Of a stretch of DNA of 64,000 bases, positions 42,411 through 54,475 are shown in pieces. The stretch spans positions 26,350,001 through 26,414,000 of the forward strand of contig OX597838.1 of assembly GCA_951406725.2 (NCBI GenBank), read 5' to 3'. The notes below the pieces were generated by a model, which saw only the letters and a program-made list of their open reading frames with translations, ran no database searches and was not told the DNA's origin. This stretch comes from Octopus vulgaris (lineage: Eukaryota). Within the stretch, counting starts at the first letter, position 1. Every line of letters begins with the position of its first letter. The position numbers and the translations under genes were made by a program.

Positions 42411-43079
42411 GTACACATACACGCACATACACGAACACACACACACACACACACGCTCACACATGCGCACATACATGCGTACAAACTGACAAACCGCACA
42501 CACACGCATGTGCGCGCGCAGAGTCGACGTCACGCTGTTCTCGCAACCTTAACACAATGGGTTTTGTGTCTTTTGTTGCTGCAGCTGTGTCTGTTTTTAC
42601 AGGTGGGTTGCGGTTGATGGTGTGTGGGAGAGGGGGGGAACGGTATTTTTTTTTCTTTTTTTTTTTTTTTGGCCCTGAGCCCGAAACCCGGAACCCGGCG
42701 ACCATCTTTGCCGCTGCTTAAAACTCTAGAAGACAGAACTTGCTTTACACTCATCTCACACACCAACCCACCACACTCGCGCCCACTGGATTTAACTAAA
42801 CTCAGAAACAGCGAGCTCTTAGACTTAGAGTGCCTCGGCAGCAGCAGCAGCAGGTGTTTTGAAGCAGAAATAAAAAAAAAAGTATACCACCTGATGTTCC
42901 CCATTAACAGTTTAGTGGACTGAACCACTTGCGACGTGGTTGGCAGTTGGGTACCTTGGCAACAGACAACGTCATATGACATTCTGGAGGTGACAGATTC
43001 ACACACAAGAGGAAGGCCATTGAGAGATAGCTGTTGCGTGGTTTACTTACGAGACACGCTTAGAGGATATAATGAAAAG

Positions 43080-43110
<31 letters not shown>

Positions 43111-43298
43111 AGTGTGTGTGTGTGAGTGTGTGTGAGTGTGCGTGTGTGGTAACATAATTAAATTCATGCCAAGGTTTCCATTATTACTTTAATATTACTG
43201 ATCCTCAGTAGAATATGTGTGTGTTTGTGCGTGTGTATATATATATACATAAGCATAAACATAATATATATATATACATAAACACACGCATACGTATA

Positions 43299-43408
<110 letters not shown>

Positions 43409-43484
43409 ATATGTATATATATATATATATATGTGTGTGTGTATATGTGTGTGTGATGTATGTATATTATATATATATTATTTA

Positions 43485-43545
<61 letters not shown>

Positions 43546-43914
43546 GTATGTATATGTATATGTGTTTGAAAAAAATGAATGGAACTGGTTTTTATGATAA
43601 CTTTTCCACTTCAACAATTAGATGTTTATAAATGTTTAGGTGTTCAGAAATGGCGACTCTGTTGTGAATTTCTCGCTTAAAAGCGCTTTTCAGACTGATA
43701 CTTGCGTGTTTGTTATCCACTGTTTAGGTAGATCTGTTTCACACACATGCACATAAACACATATACATTCACACACACACACACACACACACACATCTAC
43801 ACACAAATACCCCCCCCACACACACACACACACACGCAGACACTCACGCTAACCGACATGCATATAGACGCACACACATCAACAATATACACAGGTACAG
43901 GAACACGCATACAG

Positions 43915-44376
43915 TTAACCTTTTTTGGACTGAATAGTGACTGGTGACGAACAAATGGGTTCTCTATAAAACGCCGAAGACAGTGGGTATGGAAAGGAGA
44001 AACACCGGTACCCCAGGCTAAAGAAGGTCTTCGCCCACGCAAGATGCTGTTATCTGTTTGATGTGATATGAAAGGTTTAGTGCACTTTGAACTTTTAAAC
44101 CGAAACCAAATGATAACAAAAAAGATCTACTGTGAACAGCTTGAGCGGCTTAAGTCAACGCTAGAAGGAAAACGACCATCTTTGGTTTCAAGAAGAAAGA
44201 TATTCTTCCATCGGGATAATGTTTGGCCACATACAGCGAGGATGACTTTCCAAAGTCTGCAGCAGTTTGAATGGAAAATGATGCCCCACCCAGCATATTC
44301 ACTGGACATTGCCCCATCTGATTATCATTTATTCCGCAGTCTTCAAAAAACCGCACTATTTATGAGATGACCCAAT
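43915..44376 (+). mobile_element. mariner (DD34D) transposase fragment joined to a probable 3' terminal repeat
   Basis: VTGDE, KEGLRPRKMLLSV, HFELL, YCEQLERL, FHRDNVWPH, HPAYSLDIAPSDYHLFRSLQ. Confidence 0.9.
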
Positions 44377-44384
44377 ATATGTAA

Positions 44385-44429
<45 letters not shown>

Positions 44430-44467
44430 CACACGCATATATGTATGTATATATCTATATCTGTCTA

Positions 44468-44505
<38 letters not shown>

Positions 44506-44594
44506 AAGAATTCACAAAAAAAAACAAAAGACGAAGATAGGTGGTGTAGACCACAAACAGATGCATTAGTAATAACGCTCGGGAAGTGAAAAAG

Positions 44595-44632
44595 TCTTTA
44601 ACGTTTCGAACCTACGGTCTTCCGCAGACAGA
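44595..44632 (-). ncRNA. Degenerate hammerhead-like motif in a Penelope-like 3' end (about 44503-44835)
   Basis: Minus strand: tctgt-CTGCGGA-a-gacc(gtag)gttc-GAAA-cgtt-aaaga, with the same downstream flank as the other copies. Confidence 0.55.
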
Positions 44633-44845
44633 AACAAGAAGAGAAAGTAAAGAACGTGTAGTGGCTAGTGATAAGGTGAATGCGATTGGTCGAGGAAGGT
44701 CACGTGGTGTCGTGGTTTCATGTATATGGGTAACAGTTAGTTGGAAAATACCGCACGATGAACAGGTCATCGACCACGTGGAGGACAGGAAATAGACCAC
44801 GTGGTGGTTAGGAAATCGGTCAGGTTGTTATATATTATCTTTTAC

Positions 44846-44902
<57 letters not shown>

Positions 44903-45269
44903 CATTGGTTTGCAATAAAGAGAAAGGTACTCAATACATGATATAGAGTTTATATTTATTTGAAATCAGTTAATCATTTTTCATGTTATTTACGATGGTT
45001 CACGCAATTATGGACGAACTGAACTGTAAGAAATAGATGTATTAAAATGTGATCAGTTAAGCGAATTTTCATTGGTCGAGTTCGTTTCGGTGATTGTTCG
45101 TGTTGCAGGCTTGGAAGGTAACGTTTCTGCAAATCCGCTTTTGTTGCAATGATGCCAAGGAAATCAGTTAAATCTAAATTGTTATTGTTATTGGGAGATA
45201 CATTGTGTCGCTTATAACATACAATATGATGATCATAAGAGCCCTATGTGTATATTGGGTGGATGGTAC

Positions 45270-45520
45270 TTGTTCAGAAAGGATTATGTCTGGTGGCGGC
45301 AAATGGACAATATATAAGTCTTCTATTCAACGATATTGCTAGCTTCTTAGGTTCTAGAATATCCCTTTCAGGCATAGCATGCTGTTTTTGTGCTCTGTTA
45401 TGTGGGGTGGTTCGTGTAGAACTGCAGTTTTTTTTAATGTTTTGTTGTTCTGAATATCAGTTTTTTTTAAAGCCATTGTTATACTTTAAAAAATTAGTGT
45501 TGGATATCGTATCTAAGAGG
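45270..45520 (-). pseudogene. Penelope-like endonuclease C-terminal remnant
   Basis: Frameshifted MLCLK...LNRR..ILSICRHQ resembles the C.LCL.EK...LNKRSE..S.CRH motif. Confidence 0.5.
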
Positions 45521-45588
45521 TCGGATAAAGATAGACCTCGATCCTTAATTCTTAAGGAAGGTCGGGTAACTTTATGAAGTAGTAGTAT

Positions 45589-45648
<60 letters not shown>

Positions 45649-46116
45649 CAGCAGCCGCAGCAGTAGCTGTAGTTGTAGGTAGGCAGATTAGCCAGGGATT
45701 TCAGACACAGAGTAGAAAGCTTTACTGGACATAGGTTAATGTTTAACTGTTTGAAAGGACATGTTCTCTGATTTCAACAAGTATGGGATATTCCGTCATC
45801 GGAGACAAATAGGGAAAAATAGGGAAAACACTCAGTGACACAAACAGCTGTAAGGCTTTGAATTTTTTTCCAATAATAATAGTATATATGACTAGAGATG
45901 TTTGCCTTGGCTTAACGTTTGCTGTCCTCTTTAACGATCATATATCCGCTGCATCGGAAATCTGCAATGGCTCCATAACTACCGTCTTGAAGCCCTAGTA
46001 ATCCGTTACAACACTTACCTAGGATACCTAATCGTTTAGATCACCTGTGAACTATACCCCCATATGTTATATATGCTTATATATATATACACATACACCT
46101 ATATATACACACACAC

Positions 46117-46149
<33 letters not shown>

Positions 46150-46158
46150 CACATACAT

Positions 46159-46237
<79 letters not shown>

Positions 46238-46485
46238 ATTTACTTATACGCATATATAGGAGTAAGCTTATAAGTAATATATATATGCGTGTGTGTATAT
46301 GTATATATGTGTGTGAGTATATATATACTTATATATATATATATATATATATACATATATTTACATATATATATATATATGTGTGTGTCTGTGTATACAT
46401 ATGTATGTATGTATGTATATATATTTGTATGTATATGTATATATGTATGTGTGTGTATATATATATACATATATATATATATGTA

Positions 46486-46541
<56 letters not shown>

Positions 46542-46812
46542 AGTATGCTTCCATACTTTCGTTTGTTAGGTGAGTATGTGCATACCTCTGTACATACATT
46601 CTTGCATACATAGATACATACAAACATACATACATTCATATATATACGTACATGCATGTATGTGTGCGCGTGTGTGTGTATGTGTGTGTGTGTGCGCGTA
46701 AATAGTGTGTAAAAAGGTGGAATGAGATAATAAAGATTTTTGGTTCAAGTGTGTGGAACGAATAATTCTTTTTTTGTTTTCTGTGTTCTTGTCGTTATAA
46801 TTATCATTACTA

Positions 46813-46850
<38 letters not shown>

Positions 46851-47074
46851 TACTACTACCACTACTACTACTACTACTACCACCACCACCACCACCACTA
46901 CTACTACCACCACCACCACCACCACCACCACTACTACTACTACTACTACCACCACCACCACTACCACCACCACCACCACCACCACCACCACCACCACTAC
47001 TACTACTACTACCACCACCACAACTACTACTACTACCAGCACCACCACTACTACTACCATCACCACCACCACTC

Positions 47075-47107
<33 letters not shown>

Positions 47108-47149
47108 TCATTGTTGTTGTATTCACCCTAGCAGCAGCAGCAGCAGTAT

Positions 47150-47211
<62 letters not shown>

Positions 47212-47357
47212 TTTGATGGTGTTGTTGCTGCTGTTGTTACGCACTACTGTTACAAAATTTACAGCTGTTGTTTTTGGTGTTGTTGTTGTTGTTGTTGTTG
47301 CTACTACTTTCTGCCACTGATGTTGTTGTTGTTGCTGTTGCTGCTGCTGTTGCATCT

Positions 47358-47388
<31 letters not shown>

Positions 47389-47543
47389 CTACGCGTGTTA
47401 CTGTGTTGAACAGGGAGAGAACTACAGCCTTATATGGTGTAGGCGGCCGAAACAAACGCAAGATACACGCATCCAAATGGCTTTACATAAGATTGTTATC
47501 ACTGACAGAGCGCCAACCAGCCGACAAGTGCTGCCCTCTATAT

Positions 47544-47594
<51 letters not shown>

Positions 47595-47866
47595 CATACA
47601 CACACGCACGCACGACGCGCGCATACACACATGCTGTATAGCAGACACATTCCAGATAATGCTCTCCTATACACACATCATTCATACACGTGCACACATA
47701 TTGTACTGATAAACATACCTGTATACATACATACATATATATATATACATATACATACACTCACAAAATATATACATACCTACATATGTACCTATAAATA
47801 TTACACAGGTACGTTCGAATGTACTTATATATATGTATGCGTGTATATAATATATATGTACGTATG

Positions 47867-47901
<35 letters not shown>

Positions 47902-48011
47902 ATATATACTTTCATACAGAGCAGATACACGTGCGTACCGTAACATAGATCTATATATCTATACACAGACTGTGGAAACATGCGTACGTACATACATACA
48001 TACGTATATGA

Positions 48012-48045
<34 letters not shown>

Positions 48046-48090
48046 CGATATGCACACATACACAGACACAGATACAGACACGCATATATG

Positions 48091-48233
<143 letters not shown>

Positions 48234-48345
48234 GTACATATATATGTATGTGCTTGTATATACATAAATCATTATGTAACACTTTTAATCATATTTATAT
48301 ACCATAGATATATATATGCAATATGTATATATATATATATATGTA

Positions 48346-48377
<32 letters not shown>

Positions 48378-48471
48378 GCATATGCACACATACATATATA
48401 CTTATATCTATACATACATATATATATATACACACCTATATATTTATATATATATGTGTGTGTGTGTATAC

Positions 48472-48509
<38 letters not shown>

Positions 48510-48757
48510 ATGTGTGTGTGTATGAACCTTACCTTAATGTGCAGGTACTAACTTTTATATCGTTATTATTTTATTTCTTTATAACATAATTCTTATGTTT
48601 CGAACTTTCTATCCGTCTTAAACTCCATATGTTTGTGTGTGTGTGTGTGTATATATAAAGTTAATCCAAACAAGAAAACACAAAAAAACACAGCAACGCG
48701 AGGACGTGGAACAAATAAAGTATTATTGGACGCTCAGGAAAGAAGGGAAGAAGGAGT

Positions 48758-48792
48758 GTTTGACGTTTCGAGCGGAGCTCTTCGTCGGAAAC
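48758..48792 (-). ncRNA. Hammerhead-like motif, second subfamily (Penelope-like 3' end about 48657-48850)
   Basis: Minus strand: gttt-CCGACGA-a-gagc(tcc)gctc-GAAA-cgtc-aaac. GUC cleavage triplet and covarying stem I. Confidence 0.75.
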
Positions 48793-49081
48793 AAAGGAGA
48801 AGGGAAGACAGAGGCAAAAAACATTGCTGGCGGTGCTCACGAGGTCACATATGTTTTACTTGTTTCACTCATTAGACTGCGGCCATGCTGGAGCACTGTC
48901 TTTAGGAATTTTTTTCGTCCAATGAATCGTCCCCAGTACTTATTCTTTATTTTTCAACCTGGTACTTATTCTATCGGACACTTTTGCCGAACTGTTACAC
49001 GAATGTAAACACACCAATACCGGTTGTCAATCGATGGTGGACAAACACACGTACAAAGATATGTGTGTGTGTGTGTGTATG

Positions 49082-49144
<63 letters not shown>

Positions 49145-49394
49145 AGTTAGATAGATAGATAGATAGATATACATACACTTATATATGTATGTATATTTAT
49201 ATATATACGCACACATATACATTCGTACATGCATATATATATATATGTGTGTGTGTGAGTATGCACGTATGTATATGGGTGTCCACTTTTCTTACTGGAT
49301 TTTCTAATACTAAATGTATTCTAATATTACACTTTCAAGTGAAAGCCAATTTGATCTCTCGGTGCCTCCTCGTTAAGTCGAAGAATAGGCGCGT

Positions 49395-49585
49395 CTTGAA
49401 GTATACCTCTTCTCACATTTTGGACGTTGCTGCCGCTCCTACCCTTCATACAGACATCCTAGAGTGTATCCAGAAAAGGGACACCCAACGGACTTTCGTA
49501 AACCACTCACGGTTACATTCCATTCCAGTCTTTGTCCCATCGCCAAGATGTTTCCTCTCTCTCCTTGTCTTTCTCCATCTGCAAG
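49395..49585 (+). pseudogene. Degraded CR1/jockey-group LINE ORF2 C-terminal fragment
   Basis: SHI...A...LECIQKR....QSLSHRQDVSSLSL. Confidence 0.55.
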
Positions 49586-49684
49586 CGTGTGTGTGTCTGT
49601 GTGTTTGTGCCTTTTCGGTTTCCACAATAATGGCCTCTTCTCCTTAACCTAACAGACATCCCTAAGCCTCCGATCGCCCTTGTT

Positions 49685-49836
49685 GCAAGCGTGGTTGTGT
49701 AGTAAGAAGCTTGCTTCCCAAATACATGGTTCCTGGTTCATTCCCACCACGTGGGCAAATGTCTTCTACTGTAGCATCGGGTCGGCTAAAGCCTTGAGAG
49801 TGGATTTCGTAGATGGAAATTAAAAGAAATCCGTCG

Positions 49837-49883
<47 letters not shown>

Positions 49884-50110
49884 ATACGTGCCTGTATGTC
49901 TTTGCGTCTGCATTTGTCTCACTACTGCTTGACAACCGGTGTTCGTGTGTTTACGTCCTCGTACCTTAGCGGTTCGGCAATAGAGATGGATAGAATAAGT
50001 ACTAGGCTTCAACAAAATAAGTCCTAGGGCCAATTTGTTTGGCCAAAACCCTTCAAGGTGGTGCTCCAGCTTGACCGCAATCAAATGACTGAAACAAGTA
50101 AAAGAGAGAG
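49685..50110 (+). mobile_element. SINE family A, older variant
   Basis: Diverged full-length match. Confidence 0.85.
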
Positions 50111-50116
50111 AGAGAG

Positions 50117-50538
50117 AGAATGTAAATAAGTAACAAGGATGTACACGTGTTAATATATTTCAAGCGGCTCTATTTAAATAAAAAAAACATTACATCAGTT
50201 TGAAAGAAAACGCTCTCTTCAGGTGCAGATGCCCATATAGATTTCAAACATGAAGGATAAGCCATTTCTAATAAATTTACATCAATGATAGAAATCAAAG
50301 TAATTACATTGTTTCCTTACGTTCTATCTGTGGCAGAATTCTGCCATAGATATTATTGATGTAAATTTGTTTAAAATGGTTTAAACTTTATGTATGAAAT
50401 CTATATGGTCATCAGCGTCTGAAGAGAGCGGCTTCTTTCAAACTAAAGGTAATGTTTTCATTAATCAATTAAATGGAGCAACTTGAAACGGCCGTAATGT
50501 ATTGACACCTGTACATCCTTGTTACTTATTTACATTCT
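50117..50538. mobile_element. About 420-bp foldback made of two head-to-head hammerhead-bearing arms (probable inverted Penelope pseudo-LTR pair)
   Basis: 29-bp perfect outer inverted repeat agaatgtaaataagtaacaaggatgtaca; arms align along their length; each has CTGAAGAGAGCG...cttGAAA. Confidence 0.7.
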
Positions 50539-50610
50539 GTTCACCTAACTTGGAGCTGTGCGAATTATAGCGAACTGGCAATGTGCCCCAATTTAAGTAC
50601 CTAATTCAAC

Positions 50611-50662
<52 letters not shown>

Positions 50663-50665
<3 letters not shown>

Positions 50666-51079
50666 TCTTTTTTACTCTTTACTCTTTTACTTGTTTCAGT
50701 CATTTGACTGCGGCCATGCTGGAGCACCACCTTTAGTCGAGCAAATCGACCCCGGGACTTATTCTTTGTAAGCTCAGTACTTATTCTATCGGTCTCTTTT
50801 GCCGAACCGCTAAGTGACGGGGACGTAAACACACCAGCATCGGTTGTCAAGCAATGCTAGGGGGACAAACACAGACACTAACACATACACACACATATAT
50901 TCATATATATACATATATACGACAGGCTTCTTTCAGTTTCCGTCTACCAAATCCACTCACAAGGCATTGGTCGGCCCGGGGCTATAGCAGAAGACACTTG
51001 CCCAAGATGCCACGCAGTGGGACTGAACCGGGACCGTGTGGTTGGTTAGCAAGCTACTTACCACACAGCCACTCCTGCG

Positions 51080-51082
<3 letters not shown>
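50663..51082 (-). mobile_element. SINE family A
   Basis: Full-length, low-divergence match. Confidence 0.92.
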
Positions 51083-51141
<59 letters not shown>

Positions 51142-51193
51142 CAACAAACCAGGTGTGTTAGTTTGATGCTCGGGAAAATGAAAAATGAAAGTA

Positions 51194-51228
51194 TTTTATG
51201 TTTCGAGCCTACGCTCTTCAACAGAAAG
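51194..51228 (-). ncRNA. Hammerhead-like motif in a Penelope-like 3' end (about 51138-51560)
   Basis: Minus strand: cttt-CTGTTGA-a-gagc(gtag)gctc-GAAA-cata-aaat; stem III palindrome mutated. Confidence 0.6.
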
Positions 51229-51574
51229 GAAAAAGAGAGAAAAAACAGAGAGTGAATGAAAAAAAAAACTGTCGATTTTGGGCCAACCATGGCGACTGAT
51301 TAGAAAAGGAGTTTGAAAGAAAAGGTTGGAAGAAAGGGAGAAAATAAAATTACGGTACCCCACCCCTGCCAACTGAAGGTGCGTGTGCGTATGAGTATGT
51401 GTGAGAATGGTGTGTATCAATGTGCAAGTATGTGTGTGTGAATAGGGGCCAGTGATTTTGTCAAGTCTCTGACAAGTCTGGGTATGGACGTTTGTGTATG
51501 TGTGTGTGTGTGTGTGCGTCTGTAACGTCTGGGTGCTCATATAGTGGTATGTCTGGTGACGTTATATATATATA

Positions 51575-51990
51575 AGGCGGCGAGCTGGCAGAAACGGTAG
51601 CACGCCGGGCGAAATGCTTAGCGGTATTTCGTCTGCCGCTACGTTCTGAGTTCAAATTCCGCCGAGGTCGACTTTGCCTTTCATCCTTTCGGGGTCGATA
51701 AATTAAGTACCAGTTACGCACTGGGGTCGATGTAATCGACTTAATACCTATGTCTGTCCTTGTTTGTCCTCTCTGTATTTAGCCCCTTGTGGGTAGTAAA
51801 GAAATAGGTATTTCGTCTGCCGCTACGTTCTGAGTTCAAATTCCGCCGAGGTCGACTTTGTCTTTCATCCTTTCGGGGTCGATAAATTAAGTACCAGTTA
51901 CGCACTGGGGTCGATATAATTGACTTAATACGTTTGTCTGTCCTTGTTCGTCCCCTCTGTGTTTAGCCCCTTGTGGGTAATAAAGAAATA
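51575..51990 (+). mobile_element. SINE family B dimer
   Basis: Two near-identical cores flanked by gttatatatatata on both sides. Confidence 0.92.
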
Positions 51991-51991
51991 G

Positions 51992-52032
<41 letters not shown>

Positions 52033-52539
52033 TGTGTGTGTGTATGTATGTATGTATGTAATTCTGGAATCAAATCAGGCTCCCCCTAACACATTAGTCT
52101 ATTTTAATCATTTCCCGCGCGATCAGATCTGTGAATTTTTGTAATCTGTCGCTCGAGAAATCAATCTTCAATTTGTTTGAGGGCAAAAGGGACATTTTTC
52201 TTTCTTTCTTTCTGCATCTTAGTAACTCACTTCTAATATTTAATCAGATTTCCAGACACATGCCGTATAATTTGGTAATTTTAATAGCACTCGTGTTAAT
52301 CTTGTAACTAAATTCTTCGTCTCCTTCTCTCCCTCTCTCTCTATCTATCTCTCTGTTTCTCTCCCTCTCTCTCTTTCTCCCTCTCTCTCTCCCTCTCCCT
52401 TACTCATTTATTCTTTCTCTACATCTCTCTCTTGTCTCTCTTTGTCGTATCTCATTCTCTCTCTCTCTCTCCTCACATACACGCACACTCATTCTTTCTC
52501 TGTCTCTCCCTCTCACACACATTCACACATACCCACACC

Positions 52540-52577
<38 letters not shown>

Positions 52578-52745
52578 TTCTTCCATTCTCTCCCTCTCTC
52601 TACTTCTCTCCAACAACATCCCAGTTTCATTACAGCTTAGATATACAACACATCCACTAACTATTACTATGTAATATCACTCACAAGTCCGTGTGTGTGT
52701 ACATACATACATACATATATCTGTGGGCTTGTTGTGTGTCTATGA

Positions 52746-52901
<156 letters not shown>

Positions 52902-53001
52902 TATACGTGTATATACATATATAATTATGTATGAATGTATATATAATTGCTTGTACGTACATATGTGATGCATTTATATATCTATATATATATGTATGTA
53001 A

Positions 53002-53037
<36 letters not shown>

Positions 53038-53048
53038 TCATGTATGTA

Positions 53049-53099
<51 letters not shown>

Positions 53100-53130
53100 G
53101 TATGTATGTATGTATGTATATATATATGTT

Positions 53131-53192
<62 letters not shown>

Positions 53193-53698
53193 CTGACAGT
53201 TTTTTTCCCCTTACTGAAGACTTATAAGCGCCGTACAAATACCACCAATTTATCAAGCAGCTTCTGTGCTTAAATAATTCTAATATAATTCTTATCTTAT
53301 TTTTAGTCCAACAACTTATGCGATATCTGTACTTGTAACTCCTACGCTCAAACCCGGTCTCCTCTCTTCTTCTCCATTACTCTTGCATTGCGTCCGCCGT
53401 TTCTGCTAATCTTTTGCGTGTTCCAGTCATTGGACTGCAGCCATACTGGAGGTACTGCCTTGAAGGGTTTTTGCTGAACGAATTGACCCAGTACTTTTTT
53501 ATTTTTTTTTTTAGGTGTGTGTGTGTGTGTGTGTTGTTTTTTTAAAGTCTTCTGCTTATTCTATCACTGTCCTCTTTTGCGGAAACGCTGAGTTACGAGG
53601 ACGTAAACTAACCAACACCGGTTGTGTGGATGACAAATACAAACACAAACACCCACACAGGTATATACGTACATATATACATGTGTGTTTATGCATTT

Positions 53699-53856
<158 letters not shown>

Positions 53857-53953
53857 CGGGAAGCTTTATGAAAATAGACAAAAGACGAAGGCAGGTGGAA
53901 AACAAACGAACAATTGTATTAGTATGGCGCTCAGGAAATATAAATAAAACAAG

Positions 53954-53991
53954 TCTTTAACGTTTCGAGCCTACGCTCTTCAACAGAAAGA
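53954..53991 (-). ncRNA. Hammerhead-like motif at the 3' end of the ORF-bearing Penelope-like element
   Basis: Minus strand: tcttt-CTGTTGA-a-gagc(gtag)gctc-GAAA-cgtt-aaaga. Confidence 0.75.
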
Positions 53992-54159
53992 TACACAGAG
54001 AGAAAAAAAACACAGAAAGAAGGAGAGAAAAAATGCGTGCAGTAGCTAACGAATCAACATGGCGATCTGATTTCGGCCAGAGGTCAAAGATCAAACATGA
54101 GACGCGAGAGCGAAATAAGGGGAGATAATAGGGTTGATAATAGGGTTGAAGGACCAGCT

Positions 54160-54475
54160 AATAGTGCGTAGGAGGGGTCTGGACGTGTGTATGTATAGGG
54201 TTGGTGTATGTATTAGTATGTATAAGGGTGTGTGTGTGTGTGTGTGTATGAGAGAGTATTAGTGCGTGGGATTGGTCTGGACGTGCGTATGTATGGGGTT
54301 GGTGTATGTATTAGTATGTATTAGTACGTATTAGTATGTATAAGTGTGTGTGTGTGTGTATGAGAGAGTATAAGTGCGTATGAGGGGTCTGGACGTGTGT
54401 ATGTATAGGGTTGGTGTATGTATTAGTATGTATTAGTACGTATTAGTATGTATTAGTTGGTGTATGTATTAGTAT
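54160..54475. repeat. About 100-bp tandem repeat x3 in the element's 3'UTR
   Basis: agtgcgt..ggtctggacgtg.gtatgtat.ggg.ttggtgtatgtattagtatg recurs three times. Confidence 0.9.

Noticed and set aside
42530-43006. 158-aa minus-strand ORF and overlapping plus-strand ORFs as host exons
   Set aside because: No recognisable domain, they cross a homopolymer run, and no consistent splice frame is evident
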